Assembly (NCBI RefSeq): GCF_001194135.2
Contig: NC_068981.1
Coordinates: 118,111,649-118,156,751, forward strand
Origin: Octopus bimaculoides
Lineage: Eukaryota
Reading direction: 5' to 3'
Length of the DNA: 45,103 bases
Positions within the stretch are counted from its first letter, which is position 1, and every line of letters begins with the position of its first letter. This document shows positions 24,040 to 36,390 of the stretch, piece after piece. The notes under the pieces were generated by a model that saw only the letters and a program-made list of their open reading frames with translations, ran no database searches and was not told the DNA's origin. The position numbers and the translations under genes were made by a program.

Positions 24040-24240
24040 TCTGTCCGGCAGTCGCCATATAGATCGCTGACCACTACATTTAAATTTTTTTCTCCTTCTT
24101 TTTCTCCTTATTTCTTTCTGTTAAAGAGCGTAGCTCGAAACGTTAAAGACTTTCTCTATTCCCGAGCGTTAAACTAATACATCCTTTTGTTGTTTACACC
24201 ACCTGTCCTCGTCTGTTGTTGTTTTTTTTTCGTAAATTCT
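24040..24240 (+). mobile_element. Non-autonomous Penelope-like terminal-repeat element (second copy at about 1140-1330, minus strand)
   Basis: Both copies share gctcgaaacgt...cccgagcgt...actaata...cacctgtc. The GAGC-loop-GCTC-GAAACGT motif is typical of PLE pseudo-LTRs. Confidence 0.5.
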
Positions 24241-24243
24241 CCC

Positions 24244-24277
<34 letters not shown>

Positions 24278-24847
24278 AATTGCAGTGTGGAAGATGTTTG
24301 TTAGCCATTTAAGAACACACAAAAACGTTAGTTCCACTGCGACATTTAATTTGTGTCAAAATATGTTCGTCGCTTTGAAACCGCGACCTGTTCACTGACT
24401 GAACTTTGTGCTGCATATTCAAGTATATTTGCATGCATGCATGAACCTTCTGTGTACATATAAGTATATACTATACTGCATACATACATACATACATACA
24501 TACATACATACATACATACATACATACATACATACATGTGTATGTACATAGTATCTGTCGATTGAGCAAGTAGCGATAGATTACAGAATTCAATATATAA
24601 CGCTAGAATATTCTTTAGTAAATTTGTACTGAATGGTCCCAAATATCAGTACTTTGGATGTCTACTCATCACTATTGCAGTTGACAATCTGCAGCTGTTG
24701 CCTCTTTAATCCTGGACTATTTAAACATTTTGTCATGCATTATATGAAAGCACACAGGTAATACACTTTCCTCAATATTAACAATTTAGCGTGTAAACTT
24801 TTTGCTAGTTTTATCATAGTGCACTACCATATGAAACAGACTTAAGA

Positions 24848-25395
24848 ATAGCTGTGTGGTAAGTAGCTTGCTTACGAACCACATGGTTTCGTGTTCAGTC
24901 TCACTGCGTGGCACCTTGGGCAAGTGTCTTCAACTATAGCCTCGGGCCAACCAAAGCCTTGTGAGTGGATTTGGTTGACGGAAACTGAAAGAAGCCCGTC
25001 GAGTATATGTATATATGTATATATACATACATATATATATATANNNNNNNNNNNNNNNNNNNNNNNNNNNNNNNNNNNNNNNNNNNNNNNNNNNNNNNNN
25101 NNNNNNNNNNNNNNNNNNNNNNNNNNNNNNNNNNNNNNNNNNNNNNNNNNNNNNNNNNNNNNNNNNNNNNNNNNNNNNNNNNNNNNNTGTGTGTGTGTGT
25201 GTGTGTGTTTGTTCCCCACCATCGCTTGACAACCGATGCTGGTGTGTTTACGTCCCCGTAACCTAGCGGTTCGGCAAAAAAGAGACCGATAGAATAAGTA
25301 CTAGGCTTACAAAAAATAAGTCCTGGGGTCGATTTGCTCGACTAAAGGTGGTGCTCCAGCATGGCCACAGTCAAATGACTGAAACAAGTAAATGA
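24848..25395 (+). mobile_element. SINE family B with internal (TA/TG)n microsatellite
   Basis: Head agctgtgtggtaagtagcttgc..., body ggcaccttgggcaagtgtcttcaactatagcc..., an internal microsatellite with an N gap, and tail ...gtgctccagcatggccacagtcaaatgactgaaacaagtaaa. Confidence 0.85.
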
Positions 25396-26888
25396 GTAAA
25401 AGAGATAAATAAGCTTTTAACTAAAGTCAATCAAGTAAATGTAGATTTTTTGTGAAAATTGTCTTGTGGGCTATTTTTGGTTGGGAAATTCGGTAGTTTA
25501 TATCGGAAAAGTTGAAGCCAAAAGCAGCCATGAAGGAAAAAAATATACTACTGAAAATACTAAGTTGATAATTAGAAATTGATACCATAATTATAAATAT
25601 TTATTTGACAGTCTTTATAAAGAGCTATGATGTCAAAATTATCCTTGTTCTTAATGGGACATCTCCATCGAAATTCAAAATTACTTGTTAGGTTTGGCAT
25701 AAAGCAGAAGCCCACAGCAATGTTAAACTCTGATCCAAATTAGAGCGTGATGTTGTTTGAGCGAGAAAATAAGGATTCCATTCCAAAATAGAAATCGATT
25801 GGATGAGATAATAGAATTGTGAGCAGCCTTTACACAGAAAGCTAAGAGTCATTCGTGTAATCAGTAACCTAATTGACTTTCGGAGTGTTCCAGCGGAATT
25901 AAGAATAGTTTGAGAATAACATCCTTTTGATGTCATGCAATGATTTTGAAAGAACGAGGAAAGATTTATATAATCTCACTTTCTAGAAAGGCAAGAAATT
26001 AAAAACATGATTTCCAACAGCAGTTACTTTACAAATTAACGCATACTTAAATTTATTTATTAAAAAAACATTAATATGAACGTTTTTCCTGTATGATTTC
26101 GCATAATATTCGAAAGCATTTTCGAACATTCACCAGTATTAAAGCCTCAGCGAATCTCGCTGTAGTAGCCTTTTGAAACCATTGAGTTAATGTATGGTTC
26201 TGCGTGTGTGGGTGTGGGTGTCTGTACGAATGTATGCCTGCATGCTCCCATGTATATATGCGTATATATATACATATATATANNNNNNNNNNNNNNNNNN
26301 NNNNNNNNNNNNNNNNNNNNNNNNNNNNNNNNNNNNNNNNNNNNNNNNNNNNNNNNNNNNNNNNNNTATATATGAATCGTTTGTAGAAATACATGAATCC
26401 GGAGGAGAAGCACCCGCTAAGATGTAGAGCAGTTAATATTATAATGGGGTAGGCTGGTTTATGGGGTTACCCTGGGTTTCTTGCTCGTAAGGATTTTAGC
26501 CTTACGGCGTGTCTTCAGACCCAAAGCACTGCTGGCCCGATACCTCTGTGAAATATGGAGTGGCGAAAAGCCTCGTTTTTAAGGGTAAATAGCTAGGTGA
26601 TTATCTCATCGCGGTTCACCTATCGCGGACTCCTCAGGATATCGCGAGTTTCTGTGGCCAGTAAGTATTTGTATTTTTTAGATTTTAATTATTTCTGTGG
26701 TAAAATAAGTATTTTCATGGCTAAAAATTAATAAATTAATAAATAGAAATACAGCACTGCCCTGTATAACACATTAATTAAAATATATTAAAAGAAAATA
26801 CCTAGTGTATCGTGGAGAAGTAAACAAAGTATCGCATATACTGTATGGAAAACGAAACTCGGGAGGCGAGTGTGTGGTATTGTCTTGT

Positions 26889-26939
<51 letters not shown>

Positions 26940-27172
26940 TACAGTGTTGGCCACAAGTCACCCGGCGGTAAATCAAATTTCCATAAATACTTAATATTCA
27001 ATTTTACTTATTTCTTCCAATTATGAATGTTTAATAATTGAATGCTGTGCTTTTGTTTTGATCTTGGGATTAAATGGTTTTCATTTACTGTTAGGTGACT
27101 GTTAGCCATCCCTGTATATATAAATATATGTGTGTGTACATGTGTACATGTTTATATATATATGTGTGTGTA

Positions 27173-27177
<5 letters not shown>

Positions 27178-27268
<91 letters not shown>
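27178..27268. repeat. (TG)n microsatellite; similar long (TG)n at 28112-28217
   Basis: Directly visible. Confidence 0.97.
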
Positions 27269-27269
<1 letters not shown>

Positions 27270-28109
27270 TGATTCATGCATCAGATATGACAATGACAAA
27301 GTTTCTGCAAAGAGACAAAGGAAGCAGGTAATGTGTTATTTATAAGTTGTGAATATTTAGCAGAGAATTATTTGCCATAGAGTATACAGTGATGTTCACT
27401 TGCACTAGAACTGTTTGAGTGCGATGTGTCACCTTTCTGTGTGGACTCTGCAATACAGTTTCGTGAAGATACAATTATCTTGGAACCTGGTGCTCACTTC
27501 TGCCTTTACAGTGAGGTTTCGGTCACGCTCATCCCATCAATTTCGGCCAAACTTCTTAATTGAAGCCTCATAAACACAGACAAAATATAGTCCCAATAAA
27601 TATTCTGCTATTCTCTTGTTTCAGCAATTGCTTCGCACTTAATTTTTGTAATGAGCAACTTCGATGGTGCCAGTGATTTCACTATTGATAAACGAAACAT
27701 CAATCTGTATCTTGTAAGACAGACAGGCTCTCACATCTTCGGGAATGAATGTATTCCAATATCATGCATATATTTTATTGTTACATATATGATGTCATCT
27801 TCTATAAATGATATCACATTCTATATTATGTAATATATTTTCTATATTACATACAGCTATTTAATATTATTATAGCGGAAAGAGTAATGAATAGGGCGAA
27901 ATAATATAATACCTAACTGCTTCTTTGGTAAAATGTGGACCAAGGGAATCCTCAGTAGACCATATTAACTCTTCTACAAAGTAGGAAATTCAGTCAGGCA
28001 ATATGGTAATTGTTACGTACAAGAGAACTTAAGTCAAAATGTGTGGTAATCCTCTTGTTGCAAACCGATTAAACATGATGGATTCCATATTTTAGAAATA
28101 CTATGTGCA

Positions 28110-28220
<111 letters not shown>

Positions 28221-29479
28221 CCGTTTGTATAACCACCAGACTGTGCTCTTATCAGCTAACGATTCTGATTCTCTTTCTGCTGATTGAAAGCTTTGTGATC
28301 GAATTAATTGTTTTCCTTTTTCTCATTCTTTGTATCACTAGTTCTAACTCTCATTTTATCTTCTCTTACCTCTTTATTTTTTCTCTCTTTCTCATATACA
28401 TTCTTTTCCCATACTATCAACACACCTTTTATTTGTCTACTTACTCTTCTCTTCTAGAATCTAGTAATAAATTCACAGAATCAGCAGAAGACTTGATTGC
28501 AATGTTACTGGCATTTATAACGTAATAGCTGATTTATATTAAGCTACAACATACATTTTGCGATCACAAGTTCAAAACTCGTTAACAGTTAATTGCAGTT
28601 TCTTTTATAAGAAATTAGTTACAACTACTGCTTCTATCAACAATGCTACAGAAAACTATGGTTTACCATAAGAATAATTCGAATGTAGTGTATAAATAAG
28701 ATTCACTTGTAATAGATTGGTTTTGTCATATCTGCAGAGATTTTAGATGCACAGAGGGAGAAAGTGTTTGTTGAAAGTACTGGTGAAACCAAGGTGATTC
28801 ATGGCTCCTGTCACCATCCCAAATGAAGGTCACTTGCTTGGAAGCTAAGAAATGCAAGAAAGGGTTTTCAAGACCATTTAGCAAGGAAACCCAAACAACT
28901 GAAGAGAGCTATCCGTTTTAAAGAAGACGAAGATATTCTAATCATTGGTTAGAAAGGGCAAAATGAGGGACAATAGTTCTCTACCTTCTCCTGCTCCTCA
29001 CTGTGTCACTTAAGGAAAATCAGTTCTTTTTTCTGCAATACAGTAAAATCAAATAAATACCGACGCTGTAATAGCTTACAGCTTACAGTTGTAAGCTTTA
29101 TGTCTTTTCGATGTAAAATTGCCAACTTTCTTCAAACTATAGCAGCATGATCCATATCGAAAAAAATATTATATCATAAGGTTCTATCCTATTAAATATC
29201 AAATAATAATTAATGCGGATGAAGGATGTGCGATTCTTTTGTTGAAAGCCAGGTGAAAATATGCTTCACAGTACCATTACTAGAAATTATAATGCATACG
29301 TTAATCACCATAAATGCTTCTTTCTATAACTTCTCCATAAAATATTTCAAGATTTTCAAATAGTGAATGGCAAAATAAATCCACTTATTTTGAGTGAGAA
29401 GCATGCTTTATACTAGGATTACTAGAGAATGGTACTCAGTGAGATGCAACCTAATCAAGAGCCTTTCGGAGGTCAAACT

Positions 29480-30211
29480 GCCGAGAGGCTTAGCTTACTG
29501 CCTCTACGCGGAAAATTCCATTTTCGAATTTATCAGTCGCCTGTATTTCAAATCTACAAGAAGACCAAAATGATGCAGAAAGTCGGTACCAAGGAGATGA
29601 TAAGGAAGATTGGCAATTATAAGGATCCATTTGAACTGACGCCTCAAATTAAGACTCAATGTCAGATTTTTCACCGAAATGAGAAGTAAGATAACGCTTA
29701 ATAGCCTGTAATGTAATAGCTGATGGTTTCCACAAATCACATAAGAATTTCACCGGCCTAATGCTGCAAGCTTCTCGTGTATCAGATACGAATCGATATT
29801 TTGAAATCGTGTCATGGAGTAGAATATGTCACATATCGAAAGACCCCCTCGGCCCCCAGCGATGTAGTCGCACTTCATCCCTGGCGACGATTTCTCCTGC
29901 GGTTGGACAGATGATTTGAATGGATACGGTTGAATAAAGCTGTGGACATTAATAGAAAAGCGATTATGATACCAACAAAACATTGTAGGCCTTCTACACT
30001 TCCAAGAAATTCCATGGCGACGATAATTCGAGCGGGTTGATTATATTGAGAATTGCAACTGTTCGTGTTTATCAGATAAACCCTGAATTCTAGAAAGTCA
30101 AATCATGCTTAACGCTGATTGGTCGCTTATTCGGTCGATTACGAGAAGCTACTGTGGCTTGGTCGTGATATCTACTCGGCTGCCTAGTGATTCGGCTTGA
30201 AATTCGCTACA
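29480..30211 (-). mobile_element. Ty3/Gypsy LTR retrotransposon remnant (gag C-terminus and aspartic protease)
   Basis: CWYHNRF gag knuckle, frameshifted V-S-D-T-R-E-A-C-S-I-R-P (D-T-G-A-like site), and LNLRRQFKWILIIANLPYHLLGTDFLHHFGLLVDLKYRRLI protease C-terminus. TGTAG at 30211 on the minus strand may be an LTR start (unconfirmed). Confidence 0.82.
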
Positions 30212-30599
30212 GCCCAAAATTAATTAAAACGTATTAGATAGGATATTACGGGACTTGCATGACAAATGATCTGAAATCGGAGTATAAGCAGTGCTGTTGT
30301 CATGCACTGCTAATAATTCCAAATAGAACAAAAGCCGTTGAAATTAGCAGTTGCATTAAATTATCATCACTTTCGATCAAATATAAGAAAACTATCTATA
30401 AAAATGACCGTATTCTGTTTTGATAAAAAGAAAATATAAGCTAGAGAGGGAAAACTTTTATCTGAGAGTAATGACACCATAGATCCAACTCAAACAAGTG
30501 CAGGCGTGAGGACAGCAGATAATTTATACATCGAAATACTTCATCAAGTTGTAATATTGTCAATTAACCTGCAAGTGGCTATACAAAAAGTAGTGTCTG

Positions 30600-31118
30600 A
30601 AAAACTGCAAAAATTGGTAGCCTTTACTACCTCAAAAGCATACTCTCCACTCCAATTATGAAGAAAAGAGAGGATGAAACCGATAAACAGTCTGTCTACC
30701 CTATGTGAAAGTCCTCTCCGAAAAGATGCAAAAGATATGCGGCCCATATGACATCAGGACAGTATTCAAGAGTAATACAACACTTCGCATGTACTCCATC
30801 CCATGCAGCTGTGATAGGTTATACAAAGGCGAAACATGTCGCCCTCTCAAAATAAGGGTAGAGGAACATCGCAAAGCTGTGAAACGGGGAGATATTGATA
30901 AATCGGGCATAGTTCATCTTGTATGGAAAAATGGAGACCACCTCCGCTTGTGGGATGAAGATAAAATAATAGACAGAGAACACCACTGGAAAATACGAAA
31001 ACTAAAAGAAGCAGCACATATACTAGGACACAACAACCTCCTAAGGAGACAGAGTGCAGATATGAACAGCATATGGGAACTGGTATTAAGGAAGGATAGG
31101 AGAATATTAGATTTATAA
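30600..31118 (+). mobile_element. Penelope-like element remnant: linker and GIY-YIG endonuclease
   Basis: CLPYVKVLSEKMQKICGPYDIRTVFKSNTTLR-MYSIPCSCDRLYKGETCRPLKIRVEEH...H...W...IIDRE..W..RK.KEAAHI matches the PLE linker and GIY-YIG pattern. Confidence 0.88.
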
Positions 31119-31147
31119 GCTCTAAAATTCACTCCATAATTACCCAC

Positions 31148-31293
31148 GGGCATATGGCTTAGTGGTTAAGAGCGCGGGCTACTAACCCCAAGATTCCGAG
31201 TTCGATTCCAGGCAGTAACCTGAATGATAATGATAATAACAACAACAACAACATCGAAAAATACCTTAGGAAGAAGAACCCAGGTTCGAAATT
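31148..31293 (+). mobile_element. tRNA-headed SINE fragment
   Basis: TGGCTTAGTGG A box and GAGTTCGATTCC B box, followed by (AAT/AAC)n and a gap. Confidence 0.75.
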
Positions 31294-31509
31294 NNNNNNN
31301 NNNNNNNNNNNNNNNNNNNNNNNNNNNNNNNNNNNNNNNNNNNNNNNNNNNNNNNNNNNNNNNNNNNNNNNNNNNNNNNNNNNNNNNNNNNNNTTAATTA
31401 TATTTTAGTTAATTTCAATGGGGAAAATTGATTTGTAAAACGATTAAATCGTAAAACGAGTCATGGAACGAATTAAACTCGTACAGCGAGGTATCGTTGT
31501 TTGTTGTAG

Positions 31510-31680
31510 AGAGGCTCAGGCACGGCCGTGAGGTTAAGAAGCTCATTTTGTAACCACATAATGTCGGGTTCAGTCCTACTGTGCGGCACCTTAGGCAGGT
31601 GTCCTCTATAATAGCCCCGGATCAACCGGTGCCCTGTGAGTGAAGCTGGAAGACAGGAACTATGTGGAAGCCAATCGTTT
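31510..31680 (+). mobile_element. SINE family B, 5' fragment
   Basis: ggttaagaagctc...gggttcagtcctactgtgcggcaccttaggcaggtgtcctctataatagcc. Confidence 0.65.
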
Positions 31681-31849
31681 GTGTCTGCTTAAATCTCTGC
31701 ACCAAATCCTTTCTCCCCCCAAATGTCGACTTTTGAAATCCTTCCCCCATCAGAGCGTGAATGACATCAGTCTCGCCGGTTTTCGAATGGATGGGGGTGG
31801 GGCACTCCCAGAAGGACATAGATACAGCTCCTTTCTTCAGATCCCGCCA

Positions 31850-31985
31850 TCACAACTGGAGTGTTTGTTTGGCACTCCCTCGACGACGGTTCCAGATGAT
31901 TCAATCAATAGATCATCCTTGCTCGTGAAATTAACTCTGTAAGTGGCAGAGTTGTCAGGGCGATTCAAGGTGACACGGCGCATCC
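31850..31985 (-). mobile_element. SINE family D, fragment
   Basis: ttggcactcc...gttccagatgattcaatcaa...gctcgtgaaattaac matches 4460-4530. Confidence 0.65.
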
Positions 31986-31992
31986 TTTAAAC

Positions 31993-32260
31993 CAGTGGTT
32001 CCCAAACTTTTTCGTGCTGCCGCCCCCTTGACACCCTGGCCAAAATCCTAGCACTCCCACCCCAACTAACCATCACAACCATAGACCTCTTTCTGAAGCA
32101 AATTCAAACCAACTGTATTTCACAAATAAAACTTAACCCAATGACCCCATTATTTTGTTGTTTTTACATGAATCGTTATCCCATTATCGCCCCTCCTTTG
32201 GAACTTTCCACTGCCCCCAGTGTGATGGTGAGACAATACCGCCCCCTTTTGGAACCACTG
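31993..32260. mobile_element. Non-autonomous hAT (Charlie-like) MITE
   Basis: TIRs CAGTGGTTCCCAAA...TTTTGGAACCACTG and an 8-bp target-site duplication ctttaaac / ctttaaat (7 of 8 identical). Confidence 0.85.
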
Positions 32261-32267
32261 CTTTAAA

Positions 32268-32405
32268 TTACAACTTATTTTTACCAGCTGGACTGGACCA
32301 ACGTGAAATAAAGTCTCTTGCTCAAGGACACGACGAGTTGCCAGGAATCGAACTCTGACCTTACTATCGTAAGCTGCATGCCTTAACCACTTCGCCATGC
32401 GCCTT
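32268..32405 (-). mobile_element. SINE family C head
   Basis: Minus strand gcatggcgaagtggttaagg...agagttcgattcctgg...gtccttgagcaagagactttatttc. Confidence 0.75.
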
Positions 32406-32539
32406 CGCTGTTATCTAAATCTGTTATTTCAAGATTGATATTTCAAGGTTACATTCTCAAAATTACGTTATTTGACATTAAGTTCGACTAAATGAGTTTC
32501 ATGTTACTCATGTAATTTTTGTTGCTGTTGCGGCTCGTG

Positions 32540-32556
32540 CTGCTGTTGTTGTTGTT

Positions 32557-32618
<62 letters not shown>

Positions 32619-32968
32619 TGTTGTTGTTGTTGTTGTTGTTGTTATGCCTATGTTTCTTATCGTCTTCTGTCTTTTTTTTAATATTTTACTTTTTTTTATC
32701 TATGCTGTTGTTGTGGCTAGATTTCTCCTTGTTGTCTTTGCCGTAACTCATGTCACTGCCCTTCATGTTTGACCTCAACATTTCAGTTGAAATCTCGAAG
32801 TTTATTCCAAGAGAGAAGAGCAAGAATGAATTAATTTGTTGTGAAGCATGAAAGAGTTAAAACGTTTACGACACTTCTTCTTCTTTTTCTTTTTCTTCTT
32901 CTTCTTCTTCTTCTTCTTCTTCTTCTTCTTCTTCTTCTTCTTCTTCTTCTTCTTCTTCTTCTTCTTCT
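32540..32968. repeat. Trinucleotide arrays (GTT/GTA)n at 32545-32643 and (TTC)n at 32874-32968
   Basis: Directly visible. They produce the poly-L/poly-F pseudo-ORFs. Confidence 0.95.
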
Positions 32969-33452
32969 NNNNNNNNNNNNNNNNNNNNNNNNNNNNNNNN
33001 NNNNNNNNNNNNNNNNNNNNNNNNNNNNNNNNNNNNNNNNNNNNNNNNNNNNNNNNNNNNNNNNNNNNNNNNNNNNNNNNNNNNNNNNNNNNNNNNNNNN
33101 NNNNNNNNNNNNNNNNNNNNNNNNNNNNNNNNNNNNNNNNNNNNNNNNNNNNNNNNNNNNNNNNNNNNNNNNNNNNNNNNNNNNNNNNNNNNNNNNNNNN
33201 NNNNNNNNNNNNNNNNNNNNNNNNNNNNNNNNNNNNNNNNNNNNNNNNNNNNNNNNNNNNNNNNNNNNNNNNNNNNNNNNNNNNNNNNNNNNNNNNNNNN
33301 NNNNNNNNNNNNNNNNNNNNNNNNNNNNNNNNNNNNNNNNNNNNNNNNNNNNNNNNNNNNNNNNNNNNNNNNNNNNNNNNNNNNNNNNNNNNNNNNNNNN
33401 NNNNNNNNNNNNNNNNNNNNNNNNNNNNNNNNNNNNNNNNNNNNNNNNNNNN

Positions 33453-33778
33453 GACCTCGGCGGAATTTGAACTCAGAACATAAAGACGGACGAAATATCG
33501 CTAAGCATTTTGCCCGCGTGCTAACGTTTCTGCCAGCTCACCGCTCTACAGCTCTCAAATATTCTTTTCTACTCTAGGTACAAGACCCGAAGTTTTTGGG
33601 AAGGGGGCCAGTCGATTAGATCGGCCCCAGTACGCAACTGGTACTTAATTTATCGACCCCGAAAGGATGAAAGGCAAAGTCGACCTCGGCGGAATTTGAA
33701 CTCAGAACGTAGCGACAGGCGAAATGCCGCTAAGCATTTCGTCCAGGGTGCTAACGATTCTGCCAGCCCGCCGCTTTG
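33453..33778 (-). mobile_element. Two tandem SINE family A copies
   Basis: gacctcggcggaatttgaactcagaac occurs at 33453 and again at about 33680. Confidence 0.85.
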
Positions 33779-34111
33779 GAGGTTACCATTATAATGTTGG
33801 AATATAGAAAGAAGAAAAAAAAAAAGAAAAATAAGCGACTGGAGTAGGATTTTCGGTCCTTCGAAAGAAATACATTTAAGGATGGTGGCGAAGTGTGCGT
33901 GTGTGTAGGAGGGGTCATGATATTAAAAGGATACATTTTTGTTGATTTGATTTTATACAAATTTTATTGTTCCAACTAATTGCGAATTTTAGAAATACTA
34001 TTTTTATATTTTGTTATCTAGAATTGTAATTACTTGTTTAACGTAATTACAAATTTATATTTGGTTGTATCTCGGGAGGGTCATTGTGCTACTAATAAAT
34101 ACACACATTTC

Positions 34112-34112
<1 letters not shown>

Positions 34113-34192
<80 letters not shown>

Positions 34193-34241
34193 CATTATTA
34201 TCATTATTATCATTATTATCATTATTATTATTATTATTATT
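34113..34241. repeat. (ATT)n/(ATC) trinucleotide array
   Basis: Directly visible. Confidence 0.97.
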
Positions 34242-34470
34242 AGTCAAATAGTTAACCATTTAACCAAATAACTAATCGATTATTTGAATAATCGCTCAAT
34301 AGGTCAACCAGTCAGCTAGATTTGTCAAAGTCCTTCCGTTGCCATTCGCGACCTCATCAATGACATGCCTTCTCAAATCCGGATCTGCTTCAGGTCTGCC
34401 TGCCTGAGTTCAAACCATTAATCAAGCAATCGATCGGCTGATTGGTTAAATGGTTAACTAATTAGCTAAT
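34239..34470. repeat. MITE-like element with about 55-bp imperfect TIRs
   Basis: Perfect 19-bp core tagttaaccatttaaccaa (34249-34267) / ttggttaaatggttaacta (34442-34460), extending imperfectly on both sides. Confidence 0.75.
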
Positions 34471-34949
34471 AAAAAACAATGAAGTAAAACAGAACCAGTG
34501 CGTGCGTTTATCATTGGCATAGTGATCCTCCCGTGAAACAACAAAATATGTTTCAACACACGAGTTGGCATCAAAAATCTTTCAATCCAAATAAAAAGCA
34601 AACAATTCTATATAAAACATAAAACTTCGAAGACATTTCGTTACGACTTACTTTTCTTGTGTTTTCTTTAGGTTTATTTTTCTTCTTAATAATTATATTT
34701 TATTAAATGATAAATTTAGTTGTCCAACCATGCATGTATGTGTTTGTCTGTGTGTGTGGTCGACATGCAAATACGTCAAATTTCTCAGTCAATGGAGAAA
34801 ACAAAAACGAACATCTTTCATTGATTTTCGACCTTTATTGAGGTCTTATTTGAGGTGTTGACATCACTTCATTAATCTCAGAGAAACAGGAGCGAATCCG
34901 TTTGTACACACACCAAATCCAGCGCGCATGCACACACACACACACATTC

Positions 34950-35437
34950 TGTTCAGATGACCGGTAACTTCAATGTGGTCTTCCAACACAAGAAGGGTCA
35001 CCACCCCCGAACTGAAGTCAAGAAGGAGTTTTCTCAGCCATGTCCAGCCCCTTACAACATCACGGGGGAAAAAATCCTGACTCCAGCTCTGGTTGGAAAA
35101 GCTCCTCCAATTAACGTGTAACGTGAATCCTCACCATCCGGCTGATATCTTTCCCTGACTCAAAAACACCACGGAGGACACTCAACTGCGTCAGAATGAG
35201 ACGATCAAAAGTTGGTTTGGTCAGATGGGGCTGCAAGACCAGCCCAACCATCCGTGAATGTGGAGAAGCAGACCCATATCATGGATCACTGCTCTGCTTT
35301 CCCTTCACCTCAACTGCCCAACCTCTGCAGCTCAAAAGACCTGGCAGCATTCAACAAAAATGCAAAGAGCCGTGGAAGGAAATAGGAAACGGTTTTATAA
35401 CCATTTTACATTTTGAAGATTTGAAAAAAAAAAAAAA
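34950..35437 (+). mobile_element. 3' end of a non-LTR retrotransposon (clade undetermined) with poly(A) tail
   Basis: Translates ELKSRRSF...LNCVRMRRSKVGLVRWG...ECGEAD...H..LC.P, a degenerate ORF2 C-terminal CCHC knuckle. An A-run follows at 35425-35437. Confidence 0.7.
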
Positions 35438-35504
35438 CTATTTAATTCAATGCCAGGTTTTACTTGTGGGCTGTTTCTCAATTAAGATTGGATGAAAAAA
35501 AAAT

Positions 35505-35740
35505 CTGGTACTCCGTCGGTTACGACGACGAGTATTCTTGTCGATCCGATCAATGCAACAACATGCACGTGAAAATAACGTGTAAAGGGCTGAGTACTCC
35601 ACAAATGCACAAACATTTAACGTAGTTCCCAGGGAGATTCAGCGCAACACGGAATGTGAGAAGGCTAAACTTTTGAAAGGACACAATGTGCCGTCAGGAA
35701 TCGAGCTAACGACGTGACGATCGTGAACCCCCAAGTTAGC
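35505..35740 (-). mobile_element. SINE family D, degenerate copy
   Basis: tactccgtcggttacgacgacg...gatccgatcaa...gtgaaaataacgtg...ggaatcgagc matches 4460-4800. Confidence 0.75.
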
Positions 35741-35789
35741 AGTGAATGAAGTTGTGCCTCTGTTGCTATGGTAACTATTACTGGTAAGG

Positions 35790-36390
35790 TTAAGGCGGTG
35801 AGCTGGCAGAACCGTTAGCACGTTGGGCGAAATGCTTAGCAGTATTTCGTCCGTTCTGAGTTCAAATTCAACCGAGGACGACTTTGCCTTTTATCCTTTC
35901 GGGGCCGATAGATTAAGTACCAGTTGAGTACTGGAGTCGATGCAATCAACTATTACCTCCCCCAAACTTCAGGCCTTGTGCCTGTAGTAGAAAGGATTAT
36001 GATTATTATTAATGTGGCGAGCTGGCAGAATCGTTAGCACGCCGGGCAAAATGCTTAGCGGCATTTCGTCTGTATAATGATAATGATGATGGTGATGATG
36101 ATGATGATGATGATGATGATAATAATAATAATAATGATAATTTATTATTATTATTACCATTATACCTGCGTTTAAAGCGGTGAGCTAGTAGAAGCATTAG
36201 CAGGCCGGGCGAAATGCTTGGCAGTATTTAGCCTGTCGCTACATTCTGAGTTCAAATTCCGCCGAGGTCAATTTTGCCTTTCATCCTTTCGGGGTCGATA
36301 AATTAAGTAGCGGTTGAGTACTGGGGTCGATCTAATCAACTCACCTTTTCCTCCAAAATTTCGGGCCTTGTGCCTAGAGTAGAAAGGTCA
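35790..36390 (+). mobile_element. Three tandem SINE family A copies separated by (ATT/GAT)n tails
   Basis: Heads aaggcggtgagctggcag (35791), gtggcgagctggcag (36014) and aagcggtgagctagtag (36176). Confidence 0.85.

Noticed and set aside
26399-26427. Plus-strand peptide ESGGEAPAKM resembles the expected M1-M2 linker PPESPAKM
   Set aside because: It is on the wrong strand, has no M1 helix before it, and is followed by a stop. Coincidence.
30320-30365. Minus-strand MQLLISTAFVLFGIISSA, signal-peptide-like
   Set aside because: It terminates immediately at TGA with no donor site and lies between TE remnants.
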